This document shows, piece by piece, positions 20,226 to 30,495 of a DNA stretch of 64,000 nucleotides; positions within the stretch are counted from its first letter, which is position 1, and every line of letters starts with the position of its first letter. Where the stretch lies: contig CABZMN010000001.1 of the NCBI GenBank assembly GCA_902526825.1, positions 139,042 to 203,041 of the forward strand. The letters are read 5' to 3'. The DNA comes from an uncultured Candidatus Actinomarina sp. (GTDB lineage: Bacteria; Actinomycetota; Acidimicrobiia; Actinomarinales; Actinomarinaceae). The position numbers and the translations under genes are program-made. The notes below the pieces were generated by a model. That model worked only from the letters and a program-made list of their open reading frames with translations, was not told where the DNA came from and made no database searches.

Positions 20226-21305
20226 ATGAATATTCTATTAATTACTAACGATTGGAAACCAAAAACAGGTGGTATCTCTACATACCTTCTAAGCCTTGTT
20301 GAAAATTTAGATCATAAATTTTTTATTTATGGACCAAGTTGGATTCAAGGAGATGATACGTATCCAGCCGCAGACACCTTCATAATAAATCCTCGTAAAG
20401 TTTTTGAAGATATTCAAAAAATAGTTAATGACAACCAGATAGATATTATCTTACATGGATCCAGTAACCCAAATTTTTTATTTGTTAATAAACTTAATAC
20501 CCTCAATGTTCCAAATTCTCCTAAAAATGTGAAGATACCACAGTATATGATTTGTCATGGCGCGGAGTTCAATGTATTAAATTATATCCCTATAGTTAGA
20601 AATCTACTTTCTAGAAATCTAGATAATTTGAACACGATCTTTACTGTAAGTGAATTTTCAAGAAAAAAACTATCCGATATTACGAATACAGAGATAATAA
20701 ATATTGGTGCAGGGATTGAAATTCCAAATTATGAAAATAATTATGAAAACAATGTGCCTTTGACAATAGGAGTTGTCAGCAGATTAGTATCTAGAAAAAA
20801 AATAAGCTGGTTAATAGATGTAGCTCATGATTTAAAAGAGGAAGGCTTACCAATAGAGTTAAAAATTCTTGGTTTTGGAAAACAGGAAAACTATCTTAAA
20901 AAGCTTTCATCTGTCTCTGCAGCAAACGTGACATTTATAAAAGAAGAAACTGAGAAAGATGTTGATGATTTTTATAGATCAATTAACTTGTTTGCCATGC
21001 CCTCAAAATCTAAATATTTTGGAGTTGAGTTTGAGGGTCTAGGTTTAGTTTATTTAGAGGCTGCAAGCTATGGTCTTCCTGTAATTGTTGGTGCTTCAGG
21101 AGGAGCTATAGAAACAATTATTCCTGGAAAAACAGGCTTCGTTGCAGGTGACAAAAATATACTTAAGGAATCTATTTTATACTTTTTAAATAATCCTGAA
21201 AAAATTCAAGAATTTGGATTGAATGGAAGAAAGTTTGTTGAAGAGTTTTACAGTTGGGAAAAACTAATAATGAATCTTGAATCAAATATTGAATCTATAA
21301 AGTAG
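20226..21305 (+). CDS. Glycosyltransferase family 4 (GT-B, retaining)
   Basis: 359 aa. C-terminal 'EGLGLVYLEAASYGLPVIVGASGG' (the EX7E-type GT4 motif). Confidence 0.65.
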   Translation: MNILLITNDWKPKTGGISTYLLSLVENLDHKFFIYGPSWIQGDDTYPAADTFIINPRKVFEDIQKIVNDNQIDIILHGSSNPNFLFVNKLNTLNVPNSPKNVKIPQYMICHGAEFNVLNYIPIVRNLLSRNLDNLNTIFTVSEFSRKKLSDITNTEIINIGAGIEIPNYENNYENNVPLTIGVVSRLVSRKKISWLIDVAHDLKEEGLPIELKILGFGKQENYLKKLSSVSAANVTFIKEETEKDVDDFYRSINLFAMPSKSKYFGVEFEGLGLVYLEAASYGLPVIVGASGGAIETIIPGKTGFVAGDKNILKESILYFLNNPEKIQEFGLNGRKFVEEFYSWEKLIMNLESNIESIK

Positions 21306-21306
21306 A

Positions 21307-23991
21307 TCATTTCTGCATTCCAAATAAATCTAATATTTCATCACTCTGAATAGTTAGGGCTTTTTGAGGTGTATCAAGTGGCTTATTCTTTTTTTCAATC
21401 GTAATTTTATTTATTAAATTATTTTTAGTTGCATCATCAACTTTCATTCGGAACCTTCCTCTGTAAAAAACAATTTCAAGTAGTTTTGCTAAATTTACAA
21501 GCTCATCTTTTGAAAGTTTTTTTATAATTTTTTCGTCAATAAAGAATGATTCCCTAATTTTTTCAAGAAGTAATTCTTTAGTAAGGCTTTTAGGAATTTT
21601 TACTGGATTTAAATTAATAAAATTTAAAACACTCTGATATTTCTCTGAACTTATCAACTCAAGTATTTCATTTTTTTTCATTTTAGCTAATTCATCAAAA
21701 TCAAAAACCTCTCTATTTTTTTGTTTTATGGCAAATCCACCATATGGACCTACAGCAGTCATATAACTCCAACCACCTTCTTCGCAGACAAAACGAGGAT
21801 TCTTTGTCGATAGATTAAATCTTTTTATTGCATCATCACAATTTAATGAATCTGGATCTTCATCTTCAAAAATAGGTCCTATCATATTTCGGTATATACA
21901 CTTTGGTTGTCTTATACCTTTTTCTTTCAATCCATGTTGAAAATAATATCCTCCACTAGGTCCAAGTTTTATATATATTGCTGTTCCACATTCTGCACAA
22001 TCGCATACTTTTCTTTCTTTTAGCAAATTTGCTTCTTGCAATTTCTCAAGTTCGTAAATATAGGTCTCATTTATTTCTTCAATTGTTATATCTGGTGGAA
22101 GTCCAATATAGAAATTATCGTCTCTCTGTAAATATGGATATGCAATTTTGTCCTGAACTCGACCAGTTTTAACTACATATCTTGTATCAAAAGGAAGTGG
22201 ATAAGATGTCAAACTAACAGGATCAGGCTCTCCATATTTTCGAACATGATCTTGAATTTTTTTATACGATTCATTTAAAAAATTTACTTTTGCTTCTTCC
22301 GGACTATTGCTTTCTAATATCTCATCTAGTTTGTCCTCCATCTCTTTCGAAAATTTGTAGTTGATATATGGGTCAAAATAAGGTTTCATGAATTTATTGA
22401 TCATTGCAAGAGCAATAATTCTTGGTTTCAGGCTTGATTCAGAATTTATAAAAACAGATGTAATACTTTCAATAATTGAAACATAAGTTGAAGGCCTTCC
22501 TATACCAAGCTCTTCTAGCTTATTTATTAATGATGTAGAAGAGTATCTATTTGGAGGATTAGTGTACTTCTTCTCATAATCAGATTTTGTTATTTCCACT
22601 TTATCCCCCTTCTGCAAATCGGGAAGCTCTTGGGATTGCTCTGTAAGGTTTTTTGCGATATCTCTATATCCTCCAAATGTCCATGTGGTACCAGAGATAC
22701 CAAGAACTATTGATCCAAAAATATTATCTATTACTTCTAGATCTATTGTTTTTGTTATGCCTTTTGCTTCGGACATTTGGGATGCGATTGTTACGTTGAA
22801 AATTAATTCATAAAGTTTAAATTCATCGCTATCTTCTTTATATTTTTTAAGTAGTTCTTGAGGTGTTGTAAAACTCTCTCCGGATGGTCTAATAGCCTCA
22901 TGAGCAGCCTGAGCATTTTTGCTATCACCATAAAAATTTGGTTCAGATGGAAGGTGCTCACTACTAAAATTTGACGAAATGAATTCCCTGGATGCTTTGA
23001 TTGCAACATCTGAAAGTCTTATTGAATCCGTTCTCATATAAGTAATCAAACCCTCCTGATATAGTCTCTGAGCAATACTCATGGTTTTTCTTGGTTGAAA
23101 TCCTAAATTGTTTTTTGAAGATGTTTGTAAGCTTGTGGTTTTAAAGGGTTTTGGCGGTTTTCCACTTCTTTGAGATTCCTTGATATTTGATACCTTTGCC
23201 AGAGAATTTCTAAGTATATTTACAATATCCCGAGACTGATCTTCATCTAAATATTTTCGATCCTTATTTATTTTCTTTCCATCTTTATCAAAGTCTTTTG
23301 ATGAGGCAATTTTGGTTCCACCAATTGTTTTTAGATTTGCGGCAAATTCAAAACCTTGACTCTTGCAACTTGCATTTATCTCAAAATATTTTGATTTTAC
23401 GAAGCTCAACCTCTCTTCTTCTCTTTCAACAATGAGCCTTATTGCAGGACCTTGGACTCTACCTGTAGATATAAAAGCTCCACCTAAATCTCTAAGTTTT
23501 GGTGATATCTCGTAGCCAATCATTCTATCAAGTGTTCTCCTTGCCTCATACGATTTGAATTTACCGATATCAATGGTTTCTGGATTTTTAATTGCATTTA
23601 AAACTGCTGTATTTGTAATTTCATTGAATTTTATTCTTTTTGGTTCTTTTTTCAGCTCTAATGCTTCTTTTAAATGATAAGCAATTGCTTCACCTTCTCG
23701 ATCGTCGTCAGTTGCAAGATATACCTCTGGTGCATTGTCGGCAAGTCCTTTAAGTTCATTTACAATTTTTTTTCTATCTTCTGGAATAACATATATATTT
23801 TCATAATTCTCAGGTTTGACAGCACCCCATAATATGTCTTCTTTTTTAAATGCTGAAGGTATAGATTTTGTATTTCTTGGTAGATCCCTAATATGTCCAA
23901 CACTAGATTTAACTATATAACCATCACCTAGAATTTTTGAAATTGTTTTTACCTTAGTAGGTGACTCTACAATTACTAATGGTTTCGACAT
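21307..23991 (-). CDS. topA: DNA topoisomerase I
   Basis: 894 aa. Toprim N-terminus 'LVIVESPTKVKTISKILG...VGHIRDLP', the active-site Tyr region, and a long C-terminal extension. Confidence 0.9.
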   Translation of the reverse strand: MSKPLVIVESPTKVKTISKILGDGYIVKSSVGHIRDLPRNTKSIPSAFKKEDILWGAVKPENYENIYVIPEDRKKIVNELKGLADNAPEVYLATDDDREGEAIAYHLKEALELKKEPKRIKFNEITNTAVLNAIKNPETIDIGKFKSYEARRTLDRMIGYEISPKLRDLGGAFISTGRVQGPAIRLIVEREEERLSFVKSKYFEINASCKSQGFEFAANLKTIGGTKIASSKDFDKDGKKINKDRKYLDEDQSRDIVNILRNSLAKVSNIKESQRSGKPPKPFKTTSLQTSSKNNLGFQPRKTMSIAQRLYQEGLITYMRTDSIRLSDVAIKASREFISSNFSSEHLPSEPNFYGDSKNAQAAHEAIRPSGESFTTPQELLKKYKEDSDEFKLYELIFNVTIASQMSEAKGITKTIDLEVIDNIFGSIVLGISGTTWTFGGYRDIAKNLTEQSQELPDLQKGDKVEITKSDYEKKYTNPPNRYSSTSLINKLEELGIGRPSTYVSIIESITSVFINSESSLKPRIIALAMINKFMKPYFDPYINYKFSKEMEDKLDEILESNSPEEAKVNFLNESYKKIQDHVRKYGEPDPVSLTSYPLPFDTRYVVKTGRVQDKIAYPYLQRDDNFYIGLPPDITIEEINETYIYELEKLQEANLLKERKVCDCAECGTAIYIKLGPSGGYYFQHGLKEKGIRQPKCIYRNMIGPIFEDEDPDSLNCDDAIKRFNLSTKNPRFVCEEGGWSYMTAVGPYGGFAIKQKNREVFDFDELAKMKKNEILELISSEKYQSVLNFINLNPVKIPKSLTKELLLEKIRESFFIDEKIIKKLSKDELVNLAKLLEIVFYRGRFRMKVDDATKNNLINKITIEKKNKPLDTPQKALTIQSDEILDLFGMQK

Positions 23992-24079
23992 GTCTTTATT
24001 GATAACATCATTTTTTTTAAATGTACAGGATTTTAAAAAAAAAGTATTTTAAATTCGATTTATAGTGATTATATAAACA

Positions 24080-25402
24080 ATGAATAATATAAAAATTTTT
24101 TCAAAATCTCAGTTTTCATTATTGTGGTGGTCAGGGTCGATATCAAGTTTTGGAGATTGGGCAACTCTCTTTGCGTCTGTAGCTTTAGCGAGTTACATAG
24201 GTACAGAGAGTGGAAATTCAGAGCTAACAGCAGTTGTTCCCTTGGTAGCTAGGATAATTCCTGCATTACTTTCCTCATTTGCTGGTTTAATTGCTGACAG
24301 ATTTGATAAAAAATTAGTTATGATTTTTTGTGATCTTACAAGGATGGTATTAGTTTTATTTTTATTTTTTGCAGATAATTTATATTTTATTTTTATAATC
24401 AATTTTTTCTCAGAGATTTTTTCACTGATAAGGCAGCCATCTAGAGAGGCTGTAGTTCCCGAGATTATAGACTCTGAAAATCTTGTAAAAGCAAATTCAC
24501 TTTTTGCGATTGGAACATACGCAACATTACCTATAGCATCGTTATTGTTAGGTTTTTTTAGCGATCTCAATACCTTTAATGTCGTTAATGAATTTGGAAA
24601 TGGATGGAGTGGGTCGATAATTTTTTTACTCGATACCATTACATTTTTGGTTTCTGCATACTTACTGTATTTCCTAAAAAATAAAAATGTAAATACCTCA
24701 AGTAGTTATTCTCCATTTTCCATAAAAAATTTCCAAGAAGGAATAAACTATTTTTTTAAAACCAAAAATATTAGAAATATTGCTTTTTCAATTTCATTTT
24801 GTTTAATTGGTGCAGGAACCTTGTTCATACTAGGCCATACATTTTTGACCGTAGATTTAGGGTTTAGTGAAAGCTCATTTGGTTTCATGATTGCTTCCTT
24901 CGGAACAGGAATAATATTTAGTATGCTCACACTTAGTTATTTTGTAACAACCTTTAATAGAATAAATTTTCTCATAGGCTCTTGTATGATAATCACAGGA
25001 ATTTCTCTTTTTTCAGCATTTAGATCAGTTGATTTTGTAGTAATCATATTATCAATTTTCATATCTGGAATTGGTACAGGTGGGGTTTATCTTCTTACTA
25101 TAAGTTACTTGCAAGCTTCTACTAATCCAGAACTTCGGGGTAGAGTTTTTGGCAACTTTTACACCATTGGAAGACTTGCACTATTAATTTCTTTTTTGAT
25201 ATCTGGTACAGCTGCAAATTATTTAGATGGAGTTTTCAATCAAGACGGAGTCTATTTAGTATTGGTAGGAAGTTCAATTTTGATATTTACTACTGGGATT
25301 TTGAACTTTACTATTGGATATAAAAAAATTTTTAAGGAATTTGGTATTGAGAGATCAAATTTTAATAAGATTAAGTTTGATTTAGACAAAAAGGAAAATT
25401 AA
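24080..25402 (+). CDS. MFS transporter
   Basis: 440 aa with 12 predicted TM helices and an MFS-like 'GLIADRFDKK' loop motif. Confidence 0.6.
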   Translation: MNNIKIFSKSQFSLLWWSGSISSFGDWATLFASVALASYIGTESGNSELTAVVPLVARIIPALLSSFAGLIADRFDKKLVMIFCDLTRMVLVLFLFFADNLYFIFIINFFSEIFSLIRQPSREAVVPEIIDSENLVKANSLFAIGTYATLPIASLLLGFFSDLNTFNVVNEFGNGWSGSIIFLLDTITFLVSAYLLYFLKNKNVNTSSSYSPFSIKNFQEGINYFFKTKNIRNIAFSISFCLIGAGTLFILGHTFLTVDLGFSESSFGFMIASFGTGIIFSMLTLSYFVTTFNRINFLIGSCMIITGISLFSAFRSVDFVVIILSIFISGIGTGGVYLLTISYLQASTNPELRGRVFGNFYTIGRLALLISFLISGTAANYLDGVFNQDGVYLVLVGSSILIFTTGILNFTIGYKKIFKEFGIERSNFNKIKFDLDKKEN

Positions 25403-25404
25403 AT

Positions 25405-26007
25405 TTGAATACAGATTATGTTGCTTTCGAGGGTGTTGATGGTTCTGGAAAAACAAGCTATATCGAAGCATTAAGTAGTCATCTAGAAAAAAAATCAATA
25501 AATTTTAAAGTGGTAAGGGAACCAGGTGGTTCAAAACTTGGAGAGGGCATACGAGAGCTTTTACTTAGCCATGAATATACGGTCGAGCCTTTGACAGAAG
25601 CATTGCTCTTTTCTGCAAACAGAGCAAACCTTGTAAGGGAAATAATTAAACCATCAATTAAAAATGGTATAAAAATCATATCAGATAGAAGTGCGTATTC
25701 TTCAGTTGCCTATCAGGGTGTTGGGAGAGAGCTGGGTTTTGATAGAATTTATGAAATTAATGACATAGCAGTTGAAGGATATTGGCCCGAAAAGGTTATA
25801 CTTTTAGATATTGATCCTGTGGTATCTTTAAAAAGACAAAAAATCAATGATCGAATCGGAAGTTCGGAACTGGATTTTTTTAAAAAAGTAAGAGAGGGTT
25901 ATCTTCAACTCTCGGAAAAATTTAATGAAAATTTTTTGGTAGTTGATGCAACTTTAGATTTAACAGAAAACTCAAAAACAATCTATAAATGGTTAGAGCT
26001 TGACTGA
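25405..26007 (+). CDS. tmk: Thymidylate kinase
   Basis: 200 aa. P-loop 'FEGVDGSGKTS', 'VREPGG', and 'DRSAYSSVAYQG'. TTG start. Confidence 0.85.
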   Translation: MNTDYVAFEGVDGSGKTSYIEALSSHLEKKSINFKVVREPGGSKLGEGIRELLLSHEYTVEPLTEALLFSANRANLVREIIKPSIKNGIKIISDRSAYSSVAYQGVGRELGFDRIYEINDIAVEGYWPEKVILLDIDPVVSLKRQKINDRIGSSELDFFKKVREGYLQLSEKFNENFLVVDATLDLTENSKTIYKWLELD

Positions 26008-26854
26008 ATTAAATAAAATACTAAAAAACGAAACTGAAAACCCTTTTCATTCTTACCTATTAATTTCAAGCTCTTCAAAATACTTGATAGAACAATCAAG
26101 ACTATTTTCCTCATCTCTACTCTTTAATGAAAACCAAATTATCAACCATCCAGATATAAGAGTGGTGACATCTGAAAACCAAAACACTCTTGGTGTAAAT
26201 GACATAAGACAAGTAATAAATGATGAAAGCATTTTTCCAATCGAGGGTCAGTATAAAATATTTATTTTTCCTCCAGACAGATCTCTTACTGAAGAGGCAT
26301 CAAATGCATTGTTGAAAACTCTAGAGGAACCATCAGAATCTAATATTTTTATTATCACATCAAATGGTAGGTATTGGTCACATGCTAAAGACGATTCAGT
26401 TAAGAGTATTTTGCCTACGCTCAAGAGTAGATGCAGGACAATATATATAGATGACGAATTTACATATAGTTACAATTTTGACCTCGATGAAATAATAAAT
26501 TTTTTAGATATTGATAATGAATATATTTTAAATGGAATAAAAGAAAGACTTGAATCAATTTCTAGTACTTTACAAGAATTAAAAACAATTAATAGTGAGA
26601 CAAATGAAAGATTATTTAAATTTATCGAGTTAGAAAAGAAAATAGATGATTTAGATATTGAAAATATAAATACTCTGAAAGTTTTTCAAAGTACAATCGA
26701 GTATCTTGTTAACAGTATTTTATCAATACAAAACTTTTCTAAAATAGAATTTAGATATTCAGAATTATTAACAAATTTAATTGAGGACTTATCAAATGGG
26801 ATAAGATCTAGAATAGCTATTAATAATCTGATTGTTGAATCAAGTAAATTATGA
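26000..26854 (+). CDS. holB: DNA polymerase III delta-prime subunit (short form)
   Basis: 284 aa. 'NALLKTLEEPSESNIFIITSN' is the clamp-loader delta-prime signature. Positioned after tmk as in the actinobacterial topA-tmk-holB order. TTG start overlapping the tmk stop. Confidence 0.6.
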   Translation: MTELNKILKNETENPFHSYLLISSSSKYLIEQSRLFSSSLLFNENQIINHPDIRVVTSENQNTLGVNDIRQVINDESIFPIEGQYKIFIFPPDRSLTEEASNALLKTLEEPSESNIFIITSNGRYWSHAKDDSVKSILPTLKSRCRTIYIDDEFTYSYNFDLDEIINFLDIDNEYILNGIKERLESISSTLQELKTINSETNERLFKFIELEKKIDDLDIENINTLKVFQSTIEYLVNSILSIQNFSKIEFRYSELLTNLIEDLSNGIRSRIAINNLIVESSKL

Positions 26855-27687
26855 ATCGGATAGTTCTATTAGGGACTGGATGTCCTGCTCCAAGCCATAT
26901 CAGATTTGGCCCATCTACTCTCGTACAAATAAATAAAAAAAACTATCTCTTTGATGTTGGTTCTGGAGTAACTCAAAGATTGAACAAATTAGGATTAAAA
27001 AGTTCCGATATAGATGAAGTTTTCATTACACACATGCACTCAGACCATATAGTTGACTTATACCAACTATATATTTCTGGATGGCACCAAGGAAGAAAAA
27101 AACCATTTAAGATTGTTGGTCCAGCTGGACTAGAACATTTCTTCATTAAGCAGCTTGAATCCTATTCAGATGAACTTGAATTAAGAAAAAAATATGAGAT
27201 GAGACCTAATGAAGATGGCTTAAACTTCGAAGTTGTTGAGATTGATGAAGGATATAAGTTTATTTCTGAAAATGTAACAATCCGTCCTTTTAATGTCGAT
27301 CATCAACCTGTAAATCCAGCTTATGGTTTTAAAATAAATGTTACTGAAAATGATGAAGAAAAAATAATTGTTATATCAGGTGACACCAAGAAATCTGAAA
27401 ATTTAATAAAGGAAGCAAAGGACTCTGATATTTTAGTACATGAATTATTTGTAAATTTAGAAATGGATAAAAACCGGATGACCTTAGAAACAATAAAAAA
27501 TATTGAGAAGTACCATACAAGCACAAAAGATGTGGGAGATATTGCAAACCAAACAAAAACAAAAAATTTAGTCCTCACACATTTCGTCCCCCCAAATTTT
27601 GATGAAGAGAAAGTGTTAGAGGAAATTAAGCAATATTATGATGGAAATATATTTATTGGATACGATCTCTTTAATATCGAGATTTGA
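26851..27687 (+). CDS. rnz: MBL-fold metallo-hydrolase, probable ribonuclease Z
   Basis: 278 aa. 'IVLLGTGCPAPS...LFDVGSGVTQRL' resembles the RNase Z N-terminus, and 'ITHMHSDH' is the HxHxDH motif. Confidence 0.55.
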   Translation: MNRIVLLGTGCPAPSHIRFGPSTLVQINKKNYLFDVGSGVTQRLNKLGLKSSDIDEVFITHMHSDHIVDLYQLYISGWHQGRKKPFKIVGPAGLEHFFIKQLESYSDELELRKKYEMRPNEDGLNFEVVEIDEGYKFISENVTIRPFNVDHQPVNPAYGFKINVTENDEEKIIVISGDTKKSENLIKEAKDSDILVHELFVNLEMDKNRMTLETIKNIEKYHTSTKDVGDIANQTKTKNLVLTHFVPPNFDEEKVLEEIKQYYDGNIFIGYDLFNIEI

Positions 27688-27689
27688 TT

Positions 27690-28865
27690 TTAAGTTAATA
27701 GTTCTGAAGAGTTTCTAATTAATGAAATTAACAAAATTACAGCACAAGAAATACCAAACGTTACAAGTCCTCTAAATCCTACAAAGGTATATGTTAAACC
27801 TAATGAAGACTGGGCTACCAAACTTCCTATAAAAACGAAAGAGTCGCTTTTAATATTTAAGTTTGTTTTCTTCGTAATGGAATATTTTGAGATTTCAGAA
27901 CTTATTGCAACAAAGTTAAAGTTCCAACCAAGACCAAGCAAAAATAAACTTAAGTGTAGCAAAAACATATCCTCACTATTAAGAGCAAATATGCAGCTAG
28001 CTAATAAAATAACTCCACCAGAAATTGATATTTTTTTTGAACCAATTCTGTCTACTATTCCACCTAACACCGGAGAAAATACAAACATTCCAAGAGTGTG
28101 ATAGCTTATTATTGTGCCGACTACTTGGATTGTTTCTCCTATATCCTGAATATGCAAGGGGGTTGAAGCCATGATAATGACCATTACAAAGTGATTGATA
28201 ACTAATAACGCGGTAAGTTGTTTTGCAGTATTATCAAGTTTATTGCTTGTGTCCTTTTTATTCGTAGAAGCAGGCAATCTTAATGCGCTGTCCTTTTTAG
28301 TAAGCCCTAACACTGATATGCCAGCAAGTAAAAAACCTAATGTTGCAATTAAGTAGGCAACTATTAATTCAGAGCCAAACATTTCTTCAAAAGTTGAAGA
28401 GTATTGACCAACAAGCCTAGGCCCGAACACGGAACCAAAAACAGAAAACCATATTGCCAATGACAATGCTGTTGCCCTATAATTTTCTTTAACTAAAAAT
28501 GACGAAGCATACCTTGTCTGCAATGTTGCTGACTGACCAATACCTAATATAAATGCACCCAAAAGAAGTAAATAAAATGAACTAATTAAAAGACTAATAA
28601 AACAAACAAGTCCACCCAAGCCACCTGTAAAGAATGTATAAGTTAGTGCACTCATTCTAGAATATTTATTTTGAAGATATTCAAAAATTTGAGTTCCAAC
28701 ATACGCACCACCAACACCTAATGCATTAGGAGCACCTACTAAATACGGATTTGTAGTTACTTCTCTTACAGCCAATGCCGTTACAGTTATAGCCGCTATA
28801 AAGCCTATAGATGAAAAACCGACTGAGAATAATAAGTTGTAAATTTTTTTAATCTCAGATGACAT
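27690..28865 (-). CDS. MFS transporter
   Basis: 391 aa with ~12 TM helices. Membrane transporter composition, with no soluble domains. Confidence 0.55.
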   Translation of the reverse strand: MSSEIKKIYNLLFSVGFSSIGFIAAITVTALAVREVTTNPYLVGAPNALGVGGAYVGTQIFEYLQNKYSRMSALTYTFFTGGLGGLVCFISLLISSFYLLLLGAFILGIGQSATLQTRYASSFLVKENYRATALSLAIWFSVFGSVFGPRLVGQYSSTFEEMFGSELIVAYLIATLGFLLAGISVLGLTKKDSALRLPASTNKKDTSNKLDNTAKQLTALLVINHFVMVIIMASTPLHIQDIGETIQVVGTIISYHTLGMFVFSPVLGGIVDRIGSKKISISGGVILLASCIFALNSEDMFLLHLSLFLLGLGWNFNFVAISSEISKYSITKKTNLNIKSDSFVFIGSLVAQSSLGLTYTFVGFRGLVTFGISCAVILLISLIRNSSELLT

Positions 28866-28972
28866 AGCAGAAGGATAATAACTAATTTGATTAAGTTAAA
28901 ATAGAAACCAAACTAAAGAATTATTAATATAATTATGCTTATTAATGTAAATTTCAAGGAACATGTTAAACA

Positions 28973-30055
28973 ATGTACAAAACAGCTGAAACCGTCTCTC
29001 CCGGACATCCCGATAAAATCGCTGATTTAATTTCAGACTATGTTTTGACTGAAGCCCTTTCAAACAACAGTAAATCAAGAGTTGCAGTAGAAACATTCTT
29101 AACTGGTACAACTTATGGTGGATTAGTTGTTGTTGGTGGAGAAATTAGTGATATTGCAAAAATAGACGATAAAGGTATTGAAAAAATAGTTAAAGATGCA
29201 TTAGCAAAAACAATAAAGACAAGCTTTGAGGATTTTCAATTAGATAGTTTAAAAATTCAAAATGAGTTAACACCTCAATCTGAGGAGATAAGATCTGCAG
29301 TTGAGGATGACGAAGACTTAGGAGCAGGAGATCAAGGTATTATGGTTGGCTATGCTACCAATGAAACTGAATCTTTTATGCCTCCTACCTTTGATATCAG
29401 TAGAAATATTCAGATGGCTCTTTGGGAAATTCAGAATAATGATGAAAAACTTGATTTAGATTCTAAAGTTCAGGTGACAACAGGTGGAGTAGAAACAAAG
29501 GTTGTTATATCCACACAGCATAAAAAAGATATAGATATTGATGAACTAAGAATCAATCTTGAAGATATGATATCGAAATACGTTGATGGAAAATTTCAAT
29601 TTGATCTTAACCCATCTGGTTCATTTGTTAAAGGTGGGCCTGCTGGAGATACGGGACTGACAGGGAGAAAAATCGTTGTTGATGCATATGGACCAACTGT
29701 GCCCGTTGGTGGTGGTGCATTTTCTGGAAAAGACCCATCAAAAGTTGATCGTTCAGCAGCATATGCAGCAAGACATTTAGCAAAGAATATAGTTGCTCAT
29801 AATTTGGCCGATAAATGTCAGATAAGAGTTGCCTATGCAATAGGTAAAGCAGAACCATATGAATTATCGGTTGATACATTTGATTCTCAAAAAGAAAAAG
29901 ATTCTGTCTTAAATGATTTTGTATCAAGGTTTGGCATGAAGCCTGGAGTAATTATTGAGCGATTAGATTTATTAAATGTAAATTATAGGGAAGATACATT
30001 GTTCTCTCATTTTGGACATGAGAATAGAAACTGGGAGAAAATCGAGGATATTTAA
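28973..30055 (+). CDS. metK: S-adenosylmethionine synthetase (short form)
   Basis: 360 aa. 'VSPGHPDKIADLISD', 'GAGDQGIMVGYATNETESFMP', and 'DPSKVDRSAAYAARHLAKNIVAHNLADKCQIRVAYAIGKAEP'. Confidence 0.85.
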   Translation: MYKTAETVSPGHPDKIADLISDYVLTEALSNNSKSRVAVETFLTGTTYGGLVVVGGEISDIAKIDDKGIEKIVKDALAKTIKTSFEDFQLDSLKIQNELTPQSEEIRSAVEDDEDLGAGDQGIMVGYATNETESFMPPTFDISRNIQMALWEIQNNDEKLDLDSKVQVTTGGVETKVVISTQHKKDIDIDELRINLEDMISKYVDGKFQFDLNPSGSFVKGGPAGDTGLTGRKIVVDAYGPTVPVGGGAFSGKDPSKVDRSAAYAARHLAKNIVAHNLADKCQIRVAYAIGKAEPYELSVDTFDSQKEKDSVLNDFVSRFGMKPGVIIERLDLLNVNYREDTLFSHFGHENRNWEKIEDI

Positions 30056-30079
30056 GATCATCTTACAATCCTTTTCTTT

Positions 30080-30151
30080 GCCGAAGTAGCTCAGTGGTAG
30101 AGCAGCTCACTCGTAATGAGCAGGCCGAGGGTTCAATTCCCTCCTTCGGCT
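30080..30151 (+). tRNA. tRNA-Thr (anticodon CGU)
   Basis: GCCGAAGTAGCTCAGTGGTAGAGCAGCTCACTCGTAATGAGCAGGCCGAGGGTTCAATTCCCTCCTTCGGCT. Anticodon stem GCTCA/TGAGC, loop CTCGTAA. 7-bp acceptor, CCA not encoded. Confidence 0.85.
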
Positions 30152-30206
30152 CAAAATAAATCCAATATAAATTTATTTTTTTTTCATGATTGTGTAGTCT
30201 TTAAAT

Positions 30207-30485
30207 GTGAAAAAGTTTTTGGCAATGTTTTTTATTTTCTTATTTATTAACAGTTATGCATTGGCAATTCCTAATGACTCTTCAAGCTTTAAAGATGACC
30301 ACGAACAAACTCCTATACCAGCAATTGTAATTGAAGAAGAGATAGAGGTTCCAGAAGATCCCCAATGGACATATAAGTTTCTAATTCCTACAAGTGTTGC
30401 TATTGCAACCCTTGTAATTATTGGCAATATAGTTCAATACTTTAGGCAAGTTACAAAAAAGAGATATAAAGTAATAAAAAAGTAA
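30207..30485 (+). CDS. Small hypothetical secreted/membrane protein
   Basis: 92 aa with a signal-peptide-like N-terminus 'MKKFLAMFFIFLFINSYALA', an acidic middle, and a C-terminal TM segment 'VAIATLVIIGNIV' followed by a basic tail. No recognisable family. Confidence 0.35.
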   Translation: MKKFLAMFFIFLFINSYALAIPNDSSSFKDDHEQTPIPAIVIEEEIEVPEDPQWTYKFLIPTSVAIATLVIIGNIVQYFRQVTKKRYKVIKK

Positions 30486-30495
30486 ACAAGTTTTT

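Noticed and set aside
28866-28972. SAM riboswitch upstream of metK
   Set aside because: The 107-nt leader is almost pure A/T, with no GC-rich helices or SAM-I/SAM-IV-like conserved cores visible. It is more likely a plain AT-rich promoter region.
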